Assembly (NCBI RefSeq): GCF_009914755.1
Contig: NC_060932.1
Strand: one strand, 5' to 3'
Origin: the human T2T-CHM13v2.0 reference genome, Homo sapiens
Length of the DNA: 64,000 bases
Positions 13,036 to 30,163 of this stretch are shown here, piece after piece (the first letter of the stretch is position 1; the number at the start of each line of letters is the position of its first letter). Made by a program: the position numbers and the translations under genes. A model generated the notes under the pieces. That model did no database searches. It saw nothing but the letters and a program-made list of their open reading frames with translations, and was not told the origin of the DNA.

Positions 13036-15079
13036 ATTTTTAAAATATTTTAAATACTATTGAATATTTGTTCTGAGTTCCTCTATTATGACTACTACCT
13101 TCTTAGTCCACTCATCATAAGTAGTTACTTCCCTTGATGAGAGTTTGAGCTGAAATTTTAAAAACATAAAATATCAAAAGAGTAAAGTTTCTATTATCAT
13201 CATGACCTTTCTAAGTTAGGGAACATTTAGAGAAAGTGTAACAACCTTGTGAAATTGCCTATTATACTATGTTTTATTCATTTTTGAATTCCAAATACTT
13301 GCCTGCCATGAACTTGAGGATCAATAATTTTTTTGAAAGGGACTATTTCTATTTGTCCTGGAAGAAATTCAGATATTCTCTCAACTCACTTGCTCCTAAA
13401 CTCCCCCACTTATATTAAGTGACATACACAAGGTCCAGTGCATTTAGCTGTAGAGCTGAAGCTAGAACAAGGTCCTGTGTCTCCTGAACTAGTACCATCC
13501 TTTCAGCATCATTCAAACAATCATAACATAGCATTGTTGAAACAAAATTTTACTTCATGCCAAAAAGTGCTTCAGGATCATGAATATCCCTGATGACAAC
13601 ACAGATCTTCAGTTTGGAAGTTCATGAGAATAAAAGTTCAAGAATGGAACTATATTTTAGTAGCTTGGGGCTTAGAATTTAGTATTTTTATGTTGATGTC
13701 CTTATATTAACTGGATTTCCATGACTCTGTTCCCTTGAATTGCAGTTGTAATTATGGAGCAGTTAACATCTTCTCTGGGCCCAGCACATCCCATAATTAG
13801 CTGTGTTCTCTCCACAGCATATGACTCAACCCATGTGGTTCTTTTATATCAAAGGCAGGGTGGCCAGATTTTTTTAACCACAATACTTGAGCATGTAGTG
13901 GCAGATGGCTCTGCAACCCAAGTGCAGTGGATTCTTTTGAAGAGCAACCTCACCAAAAACAAGCAAACAAACAAACAAAACCAGGCCCTGAGGTTTATTT
14001 TTGAAAAAAAGGGAAGAATTTTCTGGGGATGTTTCCAAACACTGCATCATTTAAAAAGAAAAGCATGTCCTTTTTGTTTTGAGGAACTAAAATAGAATTA
14101 AATGAGTTAGAACTTTGAGGTCAACCTTGATCAGGAAGGAGGATGCTTCTTGGTCTCTAATCAGAGGTCTTCAGAGGTTTATTTGGTTGAGCTAGGACAT
14201 TGGTTATAATGTAATGTGTGGTGGAAAGAACATATAGAACTAAGGCTCAGGAGACCAAATTTGTCATATTTTCTCTGCTGCTACTCAGGTATCTGTAGTT
14301 TTCTGAGCTTTCCTGAATCCAACTTAATCTATCTGAGGTCATTTATGCAAAATCTCTTTTATTAATATAAAAACTTATTAGGCCAGCTGAAAAGTACAGA
14401 ATTTCAAGCTCCCTTTTGCACATACACATTAATCAACATCTACTTTTGAAGAACCCTAGAGAAGGAAAAGACTCAGTAGCTGCCCTGGTTAACTTATTAC
14501 AGCCTTAGTGAAACTCACCATTAGGGAGTTCCTCATTATATGAGTAATAACATATCAGACTGGAGAACATTTTATTCACCAGAATTCCATAAAGGAAAAC
14601 AACTATATTTGTTGGGAAAACCACTTAATGGAAGGCTGGACTCAATGGGCATAAATATGAGCTTTACTGCTCGGGCTTAGTAAAGGAAGAGATTTTCTCG
14701 CTACTCATCAGAGGCGGGTAAAGGGAGAAGCAATGTAGCCAATGTGATGGTGAGTTGCTATAGGATATTCGAGATGACCCTGCCCCATTAACTTCAAAAC
14801 TGAATTGTCCCTAAAATGCATGAATGTGGTATGCATACATGAGAAGTTGTAGTTAGAGAGGGAAGTGGTGAAGGAACCCTGCTTCACACTTGCATTAATC
14901 CCAAATGGTAGCAAGCCTGAAACAGAAATGAAGAGTTAGAAAGAGACAAGAGAAAACCAGTCTTGGGAACTAGCAGGAATATTAGGAGAGCTCTGGATTC
15001 TCAGTCTATGGAATTGGATTTCAGATCAAGGTCAACAGATACGAAAAATATGTTTATAACTTAAACATACTGCTTACAC

Positions 15080-15300
15080 TTATTATTTGTGTACATTCCA
15101 TATTCCAGGTACTGTGACACATGCCTGACATGTATTTCATATATATACACACATATATGCAGCAAAGATGATTCCTTTTCTTCTTTACACTAGTCCTGTA
15201 AAGTGGTTATTATTATTTTAACTTTGTCACGGATAAAATAAAACTCAGAGAGGTTGCATAAATTGTCCCAGGACACACAGCTGTAAAGTGCAATCTACAT
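15080..15300 (-). mobile_element. MIR SINE
   Basis: ccaggtactgtg...cctgtaaagtggttattattatt...actcagagaggttgcataaattgtcccaggacacacagct. Confidence 0.7.
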
Positions 15301-15689
15301 TCCAAACATTCTCTAACATTATATTATTATTCATTAATATACAAATGTATTCAGCACTTTATCTACTAGATATCACAGAGTGTACAAAGATGATTCTCAA
15401 GAAAATGTTGCCACAGGGCACTTATTCTCTCATCCCTCAGGAGCCATAGGATGAGGATAGAGCCATGTTATCAAGACAGGATAAGGCATGAACCATGCAA
15501 GAGGTTTAAGTGTTGGCAATTTCAGAGATCTAACGCAACTGCCTCAACCCCAGGTGTAGTCTGGGTCCTTTTCTCTTGTGATACTGGGGAATAGCTAATT
15601 TATATTCTGAATATGACCCAAAGTCAGATGTACTCTTGCCCAGTGGCATCAACCATGACAAGGATTCCAGACTTCTTTGTGATCTCTGC

Positions 15690-16065
15690 TTATATGGTTT
15701 GGCTGTGTCTCTACCCAAATCTCATCTTGAGCTGTAGTTCCCATAAACCCTACATGTCCTGGGAGGGACCTGGTGGGAGGTAAATTTATCATGAGGGCAG
15801 TTACCCTCATGATGTTCTCATGATAGTGAATGAGTTCTCATAAGATCTGATGGTTTTAAAAGGGGCTTTTCCTCCTTTTCTTTGGCACTTCTCTCTCCTG
15901 CTGCCTTGCGAATAAGGATGTGTTTGCTTCCTCTTCTGCCATGATTGTAAATTTCCTGAGGTCTCCCTAGCCATGCTGAACTGTGAGTCAATTAAACCTC
16001 TTTCCTTTATAAATTACCCGGTCTTGGGTATATCTTTATTAGCATCATGAGAATGGACTAATACA
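15690..16065 (+). mobile_element. THE1 (B/C-like) solo LTR
   Basis: tatggtttggctgtgtctctacccaaatctcatcttga...gaatggactaataca; perfect 5-bp TSD tctgc at 15685-15689 and 16066-16070. Confidence 0.95.
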
Positions 16066-16809
16066 TCTGCTATCCAATGCTCGTTTTCTAAATCTCAACT
16101 TTGATTCATGTCAATACTTTTGATAGTCTCTATTGAAACTCCTTGAGGTCATGAGCAGTGGTTATCTTAGAAAGCCCACTGCATTTCACCTTGTCCATTC
16201 TCCATTTTTCCTCTCCTAGATCTCCTTCTCTATTTTTTTTCACTCTCTATCTACTACATTTTCCCTCTTTATTGGCTACCACTTCTACACTTTCCTTTCC
16301 CAATCCTACCCTAGAGAGAACTTAAGGAAATATTCTCCAATAAAGCCCATCTCTTTAAGGGGGGGATTTCTTGTTTTGTTGCTAAGAAACAAATTTGTCT
16401 TCATAAGGAAATCTCTTTCATGAATTTGTAAACCTTACTGAGTTTTCCATTTCTTAATAGTACCCTATTTTCCAAGATATCTTCAAGATTTCAACTATCC
16501 AAGCCCTCTTTTTAAAATCTCTACCATCTTGATATTCCACTGTTGAACAGCTCAGCATTTCCCCTAGATATTATAGAGGAGTATGTAAATAGTGTAGGAA
16601 ATTCTAATCAGTAAAATTTTTCATGTGCAACTTTCATAAAAAATTTGGAGGAAGAAGCTCCAATGGCAATTTTTAGAGGCACCATGAAATTGGTCATTTA
16701 TTTAATTTTCCCTATTTTATAAATTCTAAAGTGAAGTTCCCTTTCCAAAGGGAAAGAGAGCCCTTTCTTAATACATTGGCATGATATTACAAAAACAATT
16801 TTGCATTTT

Positions 16810-17005
16810 GGAGCTAGTACTGGACCTGAAGTTAATTCTGTCATTTCACAGTTCTCTGACTTGAGCAAGATTTTATTTAACCAGGCTAGGTCTCTGTTTC
16901 CTTATCTGTTAATTGAGAGGATAACACTGTATCTACTTGATAAAGTTGTTGTAAGGGTCAAGTAAGACAAATATGTATCCAGAATACAATAGGTGCTCAA
17001 TAAGC
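16810..17005 (+). mobile_element. MIR SINE
   Basis: gacttgagcaag...tctctgtttccttatctgttaattgagaggataa...ataggtgctcaataa. Confidence 0.7.
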
Positions 17006-17650
17006 AGAGGCAAGTCATTGCACTGGGAATCTAAATCATGTCCTTCAAGGAAAGTAACTCTTGCAATAACATAAACGTTTGCAAATATCCACATTCTCTT
17101 TGACATCTTCACACAAATATAGAAGTTATGCATGTGTTTGCTAACTTTTGTGTATCCTGTTGCAATTCTGTGGTTATATGATAAGAATGTTTATAATTGA
17201 ATCACAAACTCTGCCAACTTAGAGAAGCCTAGGGTTGGCATTCCTGGATGGAAAAAAAGAATCCTACCCCAGAGTCCGAAGTGAATGTCTGGAATTCATT
17301 TCCTGAGAAGCCTTCCAACTCTGTGATTTTCCATAGCTTCAGCCTTTGTTAGCAGTTAAAGACTCCACTGGACTTATCATCAGTTCTGGCTGCTGCTGTC
17401 AGAGGTGACTGTACACAGTTGGGAATGAGGACAGAATGTTGGTGAAGGCTTTCCAATACCGTAAGAGAAGATTCTTTGTAGCACCAAGGTGGTTGTGTAG
17501 CTTATCTGAGATATAAGATCTTTGTGAGGAAGTGAGTAGGGCTCCACAAATGGAGGGTGCTGAAAAACTGAAGAACAATAATTGAACATAACAAGACTTC
17601 AATGTACAGTAAATATGCACATTCATCCTTGTGTATTATATGGGAAATTA

Positions 17651-21596
<3,946 letters not shown>

Positions 21597-21800
21597 AAAA
21601 ACTCCTAAACCATTTTTTCTAATTTTTCTTGGCTTTACATACTTGGTATCTTACCTGAGAAGGGGAAGGAAAAAAGATTAATGAATAACAACTGTCATCA
21701 TATATTAATAAATTATTATGTTTTTTTCAAAATTATATGTTATATATTTTTATTTTACAAAGGAGGAGTTTGAGATTCAAGAATTAAGAAGTTACTTCTA

Positions 21801-22127
21801 CGCTGGCCGTGGTGGCTATTAAGAAGTTACTTCCAGGCCAGGCAGGCCTGTAATCCCAGCACTTTGGGAGGCTGAAGCAGGCTAATCACGAGGTTAGGAG
21901 ATTGAGACCATCCTGGCTAACACGGTGAAACCCCGTCTCTACTAAAAATACAAAAAATTACCCAGGCATGGTGGTGGGTGCTTGTAGTCCCAGCTACTTG
22001 GGAGGCTGAGGCAGGAGAATGGCGTGACCCCCGGGAGGCGGAGCTTGCAGTGAGCTGAGATTGTGCCACTGCACTCCAGCCTGGGTGACAGAGCGAGACT
22101 CCATGTCAAAAAAACAAAACAAAAAAA
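21801..22127 (+). mobile_element. AluY with rearranged 5' head
   Basis: ggctaacacggtg, gaatggcgtga and gagcttgcag diagnostics; TSD aagaagttacttc(c/t)a present three times. Confidence 0.96.
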
Positions 22128-23109
22128 AAGAAGTTACTTCCAAGAATCCATTAATTCAATAATTTCCTTCCATCCAAACAATCAAACACTATACACTACG
22201 AATTGCTCAGTGAAATCATTTGCCTGTATTTTTTCCTATTAGTTTCCAAAGCCATTTACCAGTGACTTATATTTAAGACTGCTTAAATATGGAAGAATGC
22301 AGTTTGGAAGGCATGAAGATCAGTTAACCTCTTACAAATGATTAGCTGCTCAAAACAGCTTTTAAATTTCTTATCTTTGGGAAAAAATTCTTTGATTCTA
22401 CAAAACCCAATGTCTCTTAAAAGCACGAGGGCAATACTAATGAAATATATTCAGTTGCAGAATTCTAGGAAGTCTAACTAAACAGGTTCAAGAAGAAGAT
22501 AGTGACATCCAAATGAACTGAGATCTGATCCTTTCTAGAATTTAGCTTCCTTCAGGCTGTGAAAATTTGTCTTTGAATACTTCAAAGCACCCATCCCAGT
22601 TTTAGCAAAGAATGTGCCTTAAATCAAATTTTATTGAATGAATAACATATATACACCTGAGACATCTCAGAAAATATTGTCTCCATGTCTCTTTATGATC
22701 ATGTCACAAAACAAACAAACAAACAAAAAACCAGAACCAGGATAAATTCCCCTCTAAAAGCATGAAATATTCCAGTAAATTAGAGAAAGTAAGATTATGG
22801 TTAACTGAAATTTTATTGTATTAAAAAAGAGAACTCACTTTATTGTCTAGTTACCATGTAGCAAGATTTTCTATAGATTAATTGCTTTTTCATGATGGTT
22901 ATTTCCATGTTATTGCCAAAGGCATGGAGGCTAAGCAATATGTAACAGATTGGCCAAGAATATATATCAAGTTGAATGAACAGGTAATCTACTTGCCCAA
23001 CTAGATTGAAATTCTATTCCCTTCCCTACATTTTACTCTTTATTAATACTGAAAATCAGTCCTGAAGTTCAGGATAACTTCACCCTAACAGAGATTTTTC
23101 ATAGATGAA

Positions 23110-23273
23110 AATTGTCCCCATAGAGGTCTCTGGACTAGCAGCATCTGCTACAAACAGAAGATAATTAAAAATTCAAACTTTCAGACCTCATCCCTTCCTA
23201 ACTGCACAGACTCTACTTTTTACGTTATCTGCTGATTTTTACATATTTCAGTGTTTTAGAAGCACTACCCTAG
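23110..23273. mobile_element. MER5-like hAT-Charlie remnant
   Basis: tggactagcagcatc...tcagacctcatccc...gttttagaagcactaccctag. Confidence 0.45.
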
Positions 23274-23916
23274 GTGTTATGCCTCCATAACACCATACAA
23301 AGTTTGCTTCAGTGGATAAAACAGGTTTGTGCTGTGCCATTTCAAATAGGCCTTTTTACATTCTTGTTAGTGAAAAATATTTGACTCTTACGATTTATGT
23401 CAGAAGTATGGCAGATGATCCAAAATTTGTGCTTTGGAATCATACACTAATTTACTCTGCCAGATCGCTTTTACATTATCAGTACTGAGGAAATTAAGTC
23501 TCGATAGAACAGTTTCTCACTGGAGGCAGTGACATTCACAATCTTTCCTGTAGGAGGGGAAGCAGATGGGCCCGGACATAGATATTATGCATTCAGATAG
23601 CAAAGCAGCAATCTTTCATGAGCTGCCCTGGAGCAAAGTGGGAAGAGTTCTGTGTTAATTTTTTAATGTCTTTTTTAATTAAAAGTGTCAAGCCATAGTC
23701 CCTGAGTTTCACTGAGAGGACTGAATTCTGTGTTATCATATTTGAAATGAAAGCCAATTCAAGGAACCATTTATTTTTCTTAGTCTTTGTTTCTGGTTGC
23801 ATTGTTTCTAGTTTTCCTATTTTGGGTACATTTCAAGGTGAAACTCAGTTATTATTATTGGTTAACTGTCAAGTTTGCATTTAAAGACATCTCAGAACAA
23901 AGAATGGATCCCCATC

Positions 23917-24385
23917 TGTATCAGTCAACCATGGCCACAGTAATGCTACATAATAGCACAAAACGTTCATGGCATTCAGCAAAAGCATTATTTTTCACAC
24001 CACATCTGTGAATTGGTGGGGGCTTGGCTCACCTAGAAGGAGGGAGGTAGAGTATCTCCCTGCTATGACTCTGATCCATGGGGCTCTCATCCTTGTCCTG
24101 GTGCCTGCAGGCTGGTCATGCTCTTCTCATTGAGATGGTGAAAGTCAAGAAAACAAGTAGCACCATGCAAAGCCTCTTATTGCCTAGGCTCAGAGATGAC
24201 ACACTGTCACTACTGCTTCATTGGATTGACTAAAGCAAGCCACACGGCCAAACGCAAAGTCAGAGGGCAAGAAAATTGAGCTTACCTTTTTTTTCTTTTT
24301 TTAATGGGAGGAACTACAAAGCCACATAGAAAAAGGTGGATGGAGAGAGAGATGAAAAACTGGGCCCATTAACACAATCTATACA
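23917..24385 (-). mobile_element. Old MLT1 (H/J-like) solo LTR
   Basis: tgtatcagtca...ctaggctcagagatgacacactgtcactactg...aagcaagccacacggccaa...gggaggaactacaaagccacat. Confidence 0.75.
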
Positions 24386-25063
24386 ATCTACCTCAGTACC
24401 TGTTTGTTTTCTTGGAGGTTCTGTGACTCAAAGACTTCTAGCCTCCTATTTCCTGATAACAACAAACATTCTGATGTAAATAGCATGAAGAATATTGCAT
24501 GGTTTGTTTCACATATGCTGGAAAGAGATCCACTTAATACTCTTGGCTCAGATTTATTCCCAATCTTTCTTCATGCTCATAGTTAATGTCACATTATAGA
24601 AAAGCATGTCATGCTAATTACAAAATCATTTAGGTTGCCCAATATTATGGATTTTTCCATTTCCTGATAATAGAGCCTTTCAGAGGAGGTCAGGTCATGT
24701 TGGGGAATATTGCTGAATACAGATAGTGGTGAATAATTCAAACAGCAGTCATGAATCCATTGAGAGGAAAGTTCGGAGTAGGAATCCAAGAAACACTTCT
24801 TTGGATTAATAGTATTAAAATCCTGCTTTTCCACACCTCTTTCAGGTTAGAAAACAACCTTCTTTAATTTTCTGCTTGAAGTAACATCGAAGAAAATATT
24901 TCCTAGAGTTTTGGGAAATGAAAGATTTTATTTTAAAGATAAAGTTGGATGGTTTTCCTAGGCACTGTACTTTGAAGTTCCCTTACTCCAGTATCTCCCT
25001 CCCTGCTCCTAATGACTAAATTTTTACTTTAGGGAGTCATTCTTGGAGCTAAAATTTTATGGA

Positions 25064-25327
25064 TTTATTTTTTCGAGACAGGGTCTCACTGTGGAATGCA
25101 GTGGCTCTATCATAGCTCCAGGGCACAAGAAATCCCCCTGCTTCAGCCTCCCAAGTAGCTAGCATTACAAGTGTGTGCCACCTCACCTAGCTAATTAAAA
25201 AAAAAAAATTGTAGAGACAGGATCTCACTGTGTTTCCCAGGCTGGTCTTGAGCTCTTGGCCTCAAGCAATCCTTCCACCATGGCCTCCCATAGCTAGAAC
25301 TATAGCTATAAGCCACCATACTAGGTC
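25064..25327 (-). mobile_element. AluJ (Jo-like) with internal deletions
   Basis: gagacagggtctcact...ctcttggcctcaagcaatcc; degenerate TSD ctaaaattttatggattt / ctaaagttttgttgattt. Confidence 0.9.
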
Positions 25328-26115
25328 TAAAGTTTTGTTGATTTTTTAAAGACATTTTCCATTTATCAGTTTATTCTTCCCCAAACCCCCACCCAGTTCT
25401 CTTATAGGAGATGAAAAATCAATTATCAAAACATAAACGCTAATCTCTAAAGAGGCCAAATGTTTACATCATCCTTCACTTTAACTACCTTTGTTTTATT
25501 TCCCTCCTCCCAGATTGAGCTATTGTCTTGCCCTTTATAAGCAAAAGTCTTATTAATAATTATGGCCAAACAAAAGGGCATTTTTTCTCTCAGAATGAAT
25601 TATGTTCCTTACTATAAAAGTGCCTCATGGGATTACCATGAAAGTTAAATGAATTAACACATGCAAACCACTCAGAAGAGTACCAGACACACAGTATATC
25701 CTTTACACATATTTTGCCCATAGCTTCTGGATCACTTTATTACATTGATTTTTTAGGTTGTCTGTCTTTTCTTGTACATGGGAGCTTTCTGAGATACCTA
25801 GAAAATTCCATGACAGATTATGTTTTAAATAAATATTTATCAATATAATGAATTTGTTAAGTACTCCTGATGTGCTCAAACCAATGCAAGGCATAAGGTA
25901 TGCAAAAATAATGATTATCTAATATCTGCCCTGGGGGAAGGCATCGTCTATGAGAAAAGACATACTTCTACACAAATAATATAATGTACAATGGGTAAAA
26001 TAGAGGAATATAAAGTGTAGTATAGGGACCTAGGCTCAAAAAAGGCACACTGATCCCATAGCTTGGGCTGGGTATCAGTAGTGTTGTCTGGGGAAAATAA
26101 GAAAATGACTTAGAG

Positions 26116-26295
26116 TAGTAGTTTCCCGAATTAGCGTGAATCAGAATTATTTGGAAGGACTGATAAAACAGATTGCTGAGCCCATGCCCACAGTTTCTAA
26201 TTCAATTGATCTGAGATGGGCCTGATAATTTGCATTCTGACAAATGTCCAGATGCTGCTGCTGCTGGTGGTCTAGGAACACACTTTGAAAAACAC
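26116..26295. mobile_element. MER5A hAT-Charlie MITE
   Basis: atcagaattatttggaagg...aaaacagattgctgagccc...atttgcattctgacaa...cacactttgaaaaacac. Confidence 0.85.
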
Positions 26296-26600
26296 AAAGG
26301 AATTGGGGTCGGGGGAGTAACACTATAAACAGAGACAGTTCTCTAACGTCCGTCATCCTGCAGGGAATAGAGAAGTGCAAACACTGAAAAAGGTGGAAAA
26401 GGCCCTGATTATGTAAGGTGATTCCCACTTATTCTCATGTATTTCTCCAGCAATGTTATGAAGTAGGTTTATTAAGCAGGGTAGTCTAGGATACAAATTA
26501 ACCATGCTATCCCAGGGCTTAGTGCACACACAGTTTATTTTCACTTATGCATATTCCGAAGCAGGGAGGCAGAGGCTCTGTTCCACATGGTCATTTGGGA

Positions 26601-26835
26601 ACTGCAGTGGATGCTGTAGTACATTGCCCACAAGGCTGAGGCACTCAATCCCCTTAGCTGCTGAAGTCTGTTCCCAGCTACGGACAGCAACCATGCCCAA
26701 GGATGCATTCACTCCCTGGGGCCAGCCCACATCCAATGACTGGACAATGTGGAGGATAAATGACTAGCCCACTTACTGGAGGATGGGAAAAACTTGAAAA
26801 GCCATTTCAGCTGTAGAGCTTGATTGGCTTGAGCT
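26601..26835 (+). mobile_element. LTR16-like ERVL LTR fragment
   Basis: tgcagtggatgctgt...ggctgaggcactca...ggggccagcccacatccaatgactg. Confidence 0.6.
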
Positions 26836-26863
26836 TATTTCTATCTGGATCCCTGTGGGTCTC

Positions 26864-27060
26864 TGTCTTAGATCAGGTTCTCTCAGGAAACAGACTTTGA
26901 TATTTTTTGTTCAGGAAGTTTATTGGAAAATGCTCTCAGTATCGATATCTGGAGAGAGTGAGGAAAATAGGACTAAGGAGAGCGTGTGATTGGTTTTAGA
27001 GTCCGGAGCTGAGATGAGACTTAGCAGAGCTGCTTAGCTCAGAAGCACGGCATGGTCCCA
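26864..27060 (-). mobile_element. LTR16-like ERVL LTR fragment, opposite orientation
   Basis: tgtcttagatcaggttctctcaggaaacagactttga...aggaagtttattggaaaatgctctc. Confidence 0.55.
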
Positions 27061-27579
27061 GCAGTGCGGACTCATCACCATCATTCAAGGATTGCAGCCT
27101 TGTGGATGAGGATGATGGGCTCTGCTTTCGTTGGCTGAATTTTTGGAGAGCAACATTAGCATTCTCCATGGATTCTCACTGTCCTCTTCACTGTCCGGAC
27201 ACTTTGTAGGGATTTTCACATTAATCAGAACATCAGTACCATCTGGAAGAAGGTTTATAAAGTGCATAATCCAGTCTCTGTTCAAGGAATTAATCTCTCT
27301 GCCTCAGCATCAGTAAACTTCAATATTGTATTTCATTCTAGGCAACACCCTACTCAGTTGACCACTGAGAAACAGAACCCCACATAGAAGAGGCTGACTG
27401 GTATGGTGAAGGGATCTGTAAAACACTTCAGATAGAGGCATCCAAGATAGAGCCAAGAAAGGAAACAGAGCTTTAGGAAACCTGGTCATCACTTCAAATG
27501 CTGAGTCTGTCTTGTGAAAAATGTCCCTCAGCTCACTCTGGCTCACTTAAAGAATAATCCTAAACTAGATGTTTAGTCT

Positions 27580-27703
27580 AGTCTCTAAGAGGTTAGGAAT
27601 ACTGTCTGTTAACAATTGTCTCTGTACCCTAGGACCGAGCATAATACTTGCCACAAAATAGTTGCTCAAAAAACATTTGATGAAATAAAATAAATGAGTA
27701 AAT
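27580..27703 (+). mobile_element. L2 3' end
   Basis: ctgtaccctaggaccgagcataatacttgccacaaaatagttgctcaaaaaacatttgatgaa. Confidence 0.7.
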
Positions 27704-28999
27704 GCTACAAGGGTTCATATTTTTAACTCAGTGGACTTTAAGTCTGCGCACTTGAGATTCTCTAACAAACGCAACCGGCTGCTTTATAAACTATATTAAG
27801 ACCTCACCACTGGGAGGGACCATACATAGAAGGGATGACTTTCTCTGAACAAGGGATATTACAAGGTCAAATTTTTGCTCTGCATAGAAAGCTCAATTTC
27901 TTATGTTTCTTTCAACTTTAAGATTATTTTAAAAGATAGAAAGTGACTATTCCTTGTGAAGAGAACTGCCAGAGGGCATGATGGCTAGTATACACAGAAA
28001 GTTTTGAATTTTCTAGTTGTACTAAATTCCCACAGAAATTCCAGAAACACCTTGAAGGAAGAAACATTTACTCTGTGCCATTCAACTGAAAACATCAGTT
28101 ATTAATATTTCAATCATGTTCTTCACTTAGAGATGGTTCCTGATGGAAACCATGGGATTTCAGACTCTCTGCACATGGTAGTGATGGATGGCTGTAGATC
28201 CAAACTTGCCTTCTATCCTGACGCACCCAGTACTCCAGGCTAGTATTAAGGAGTTAAATCCTTTATACTGTAATCTAGAATAGTGGGATAGGAGCAGAAA
28301 TCATGGTGCAAGGTCTGTGGGGTAGGAGAGTTTGACTATTAAATTCAGCGATCAGAGTTACCTTGAAGGATTTAAAGAGAGCTTGCATTAAGCATATAAA
28401 AAAATGCACATGTATATGACATTTTGCAAACATAGATCTCTTAAAATCCATTCATGAATTAACAGTTCATGGGATAAAGACTGAGATTTTTAGAGGCCCC
28501 TATGCCTTCTGGGTATTTTCCCTTTACCACAGAAAGCTACTCTTATCCCTGACACCCTATAAAAATAATTTTTAAAGATATGACTCATTGCATTTATGAA
28601 GTCCAAAGACATATGAATGACCTGACTCAGGGTCAAAGTAGATGGGTAGAAAACTGATGTCTCATTTATACTGCTAGATATATTTAAGTAATCCAGACTT
28701 CATATGGTGATTACAATACTTCACCATAAATGGTGTTGATTGGCACTTGGTTTAAGAAATATTTTTCTCCTTGAATTATATTTCAAAGTCCTCCCAGGTG
28801 TGACACTCCACGTAGATGGACTAAATGTTATGCCTACTTGATGTGATTAATGAGCAATGATGAACATGTCCATTGGAAGATGTGTCAAACCAAAATGCAT
28901 TTATGTCTGAAATTACTACTGATATTTCAAACCCTGAAGGAATTTCTGGATGTATGAACCATTTTGTAGGAAGAAGGCAAAAGGAGACCCAGGAAGCTA

Positions 29000-29192
29000 T
29001 GCGGTAAAATGGAAAGGACATGGCTTTGGGGACAGAAAGATCTGCTTTGAATTCAGTTTCACTTCTTGTTCACATATGATAGTTAGCCAGTTACTTAGTC
29101 ATACTGAGCCTCAGATATTTCATCTGCAGAATGGCGCTGAGGAGTACCTGTCTCATAGTTTTGTTGTGATAGTACTTATAAAACACTTAGCT
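29000..29192 (+). mobile_element. MIR SINE
   Basis: catggctttggggacagaaagatctgctttgaatt...ctgagcctcagatatttcatctgcagaatgg. Confidence 0.75.
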
Positions 29193-29776
29193 TAAGGTTT
29201 GCTATGAAAAATATCCTTCCTCTTAATTCACTCTCTCTTTTCACATAGGACACATTCTAGATAGCTATTATCCAGTAATAGACTAATTTCTTTGATTGCA
29301 AGAGTATCACAGAGATATATGTTAGCCAGGTTCTATAAAAGGGGCAGGTCTGCAGGGAGTACTGAGAATGTGAGATGACAGGAAAAGAAAGTAGCGAAAC
29401 TGAAAGAACTTAGGGGCAGTGAGAGGGAACAGGGAGACAAAATTTGCCTTCCTAATTATTTATTTTTCTAGAGCCAGTCCTGAGTTCTCCCTATATCTCT
29501 TCAATGTCTACCTATTTCCAACCCTTAACTTTCCTATCAGGAATGTCCACATTAGCCCAGAAAGAATGTAGTCGAAACATGATTGTTTCCCCCATCCCCC
29601 ACATTTTCCACCTTATCTGCTGGGATCCCTGCCATGACTTGGAAAAAAAGAAGCTGGAGGTGGAGAGTGAGAAGATGGAGTTGGTCACACTCAGAGGAGA
29701 GGTATGTGACCCTCTCTTCAGATGAGTTTTAGAGAATTGGGAATATGATGGTAAAAAGGAATTTTACATTTCTAGG

Positions 29777-30163
29777 CTGGATTTCTCAACCTCAGTAGTA
29801 CTGAAAATTTGAGAGGGTAATTCTTTGAGGCTGATCTGTGTTTCCTATGGGAAGATATTCAGCCACTTCTCTGTTCATACCCACTGCTCTGAACCACTTC
29901 TCTCTACTGTGTCTCAAGATGCAGAGCATTGTTGAAGGCAGTGTGGAGTCAGGATGGGAGTCAAAGGCCTCGGACGGCCAGGATCGATACCGACAAACAA
30001 GTGTCATGGAAATACTCACTGAAGGGTGGGTAGAAAGTACTTTCTGAGGAAACCAGAGGCAACTGGGGTTTTTGTGTTGCTCTGTGAACCAGCGTGGGAA
30101 CTCTGTATTTCTCAAGAGTGGTGAAATGGGCAAAGGCATCCCCTGTTTTTCATAGAAACGTGT
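29777..30163. mobile_element. MER20-like hAT element (ends recognisable, middle unassigned)
   Basis: ggatttctcaacctcagtagtactgaaaatttgagagggtaattctttg start; gggcaaaggcatcccctg near the end; tctag at both flanks. Confidence 0.5.

Noticed and set aside
14700-14760. GC-box, CCAAT and atg|gtgagt donor-like cluster
   Set aside because: Short motifs expected by chance; no CpG island and no partner acceptor identified.
17380-17466. Possible exon cag|ttctgg...tacc|gtaaga
   Set aside because: Stop codons in all three frames and a weak pyrimidine tract.
27085-27316. Opposing 61-66 aa ORFs
   Set aside because: No recognisable domain; length within chance expectation.
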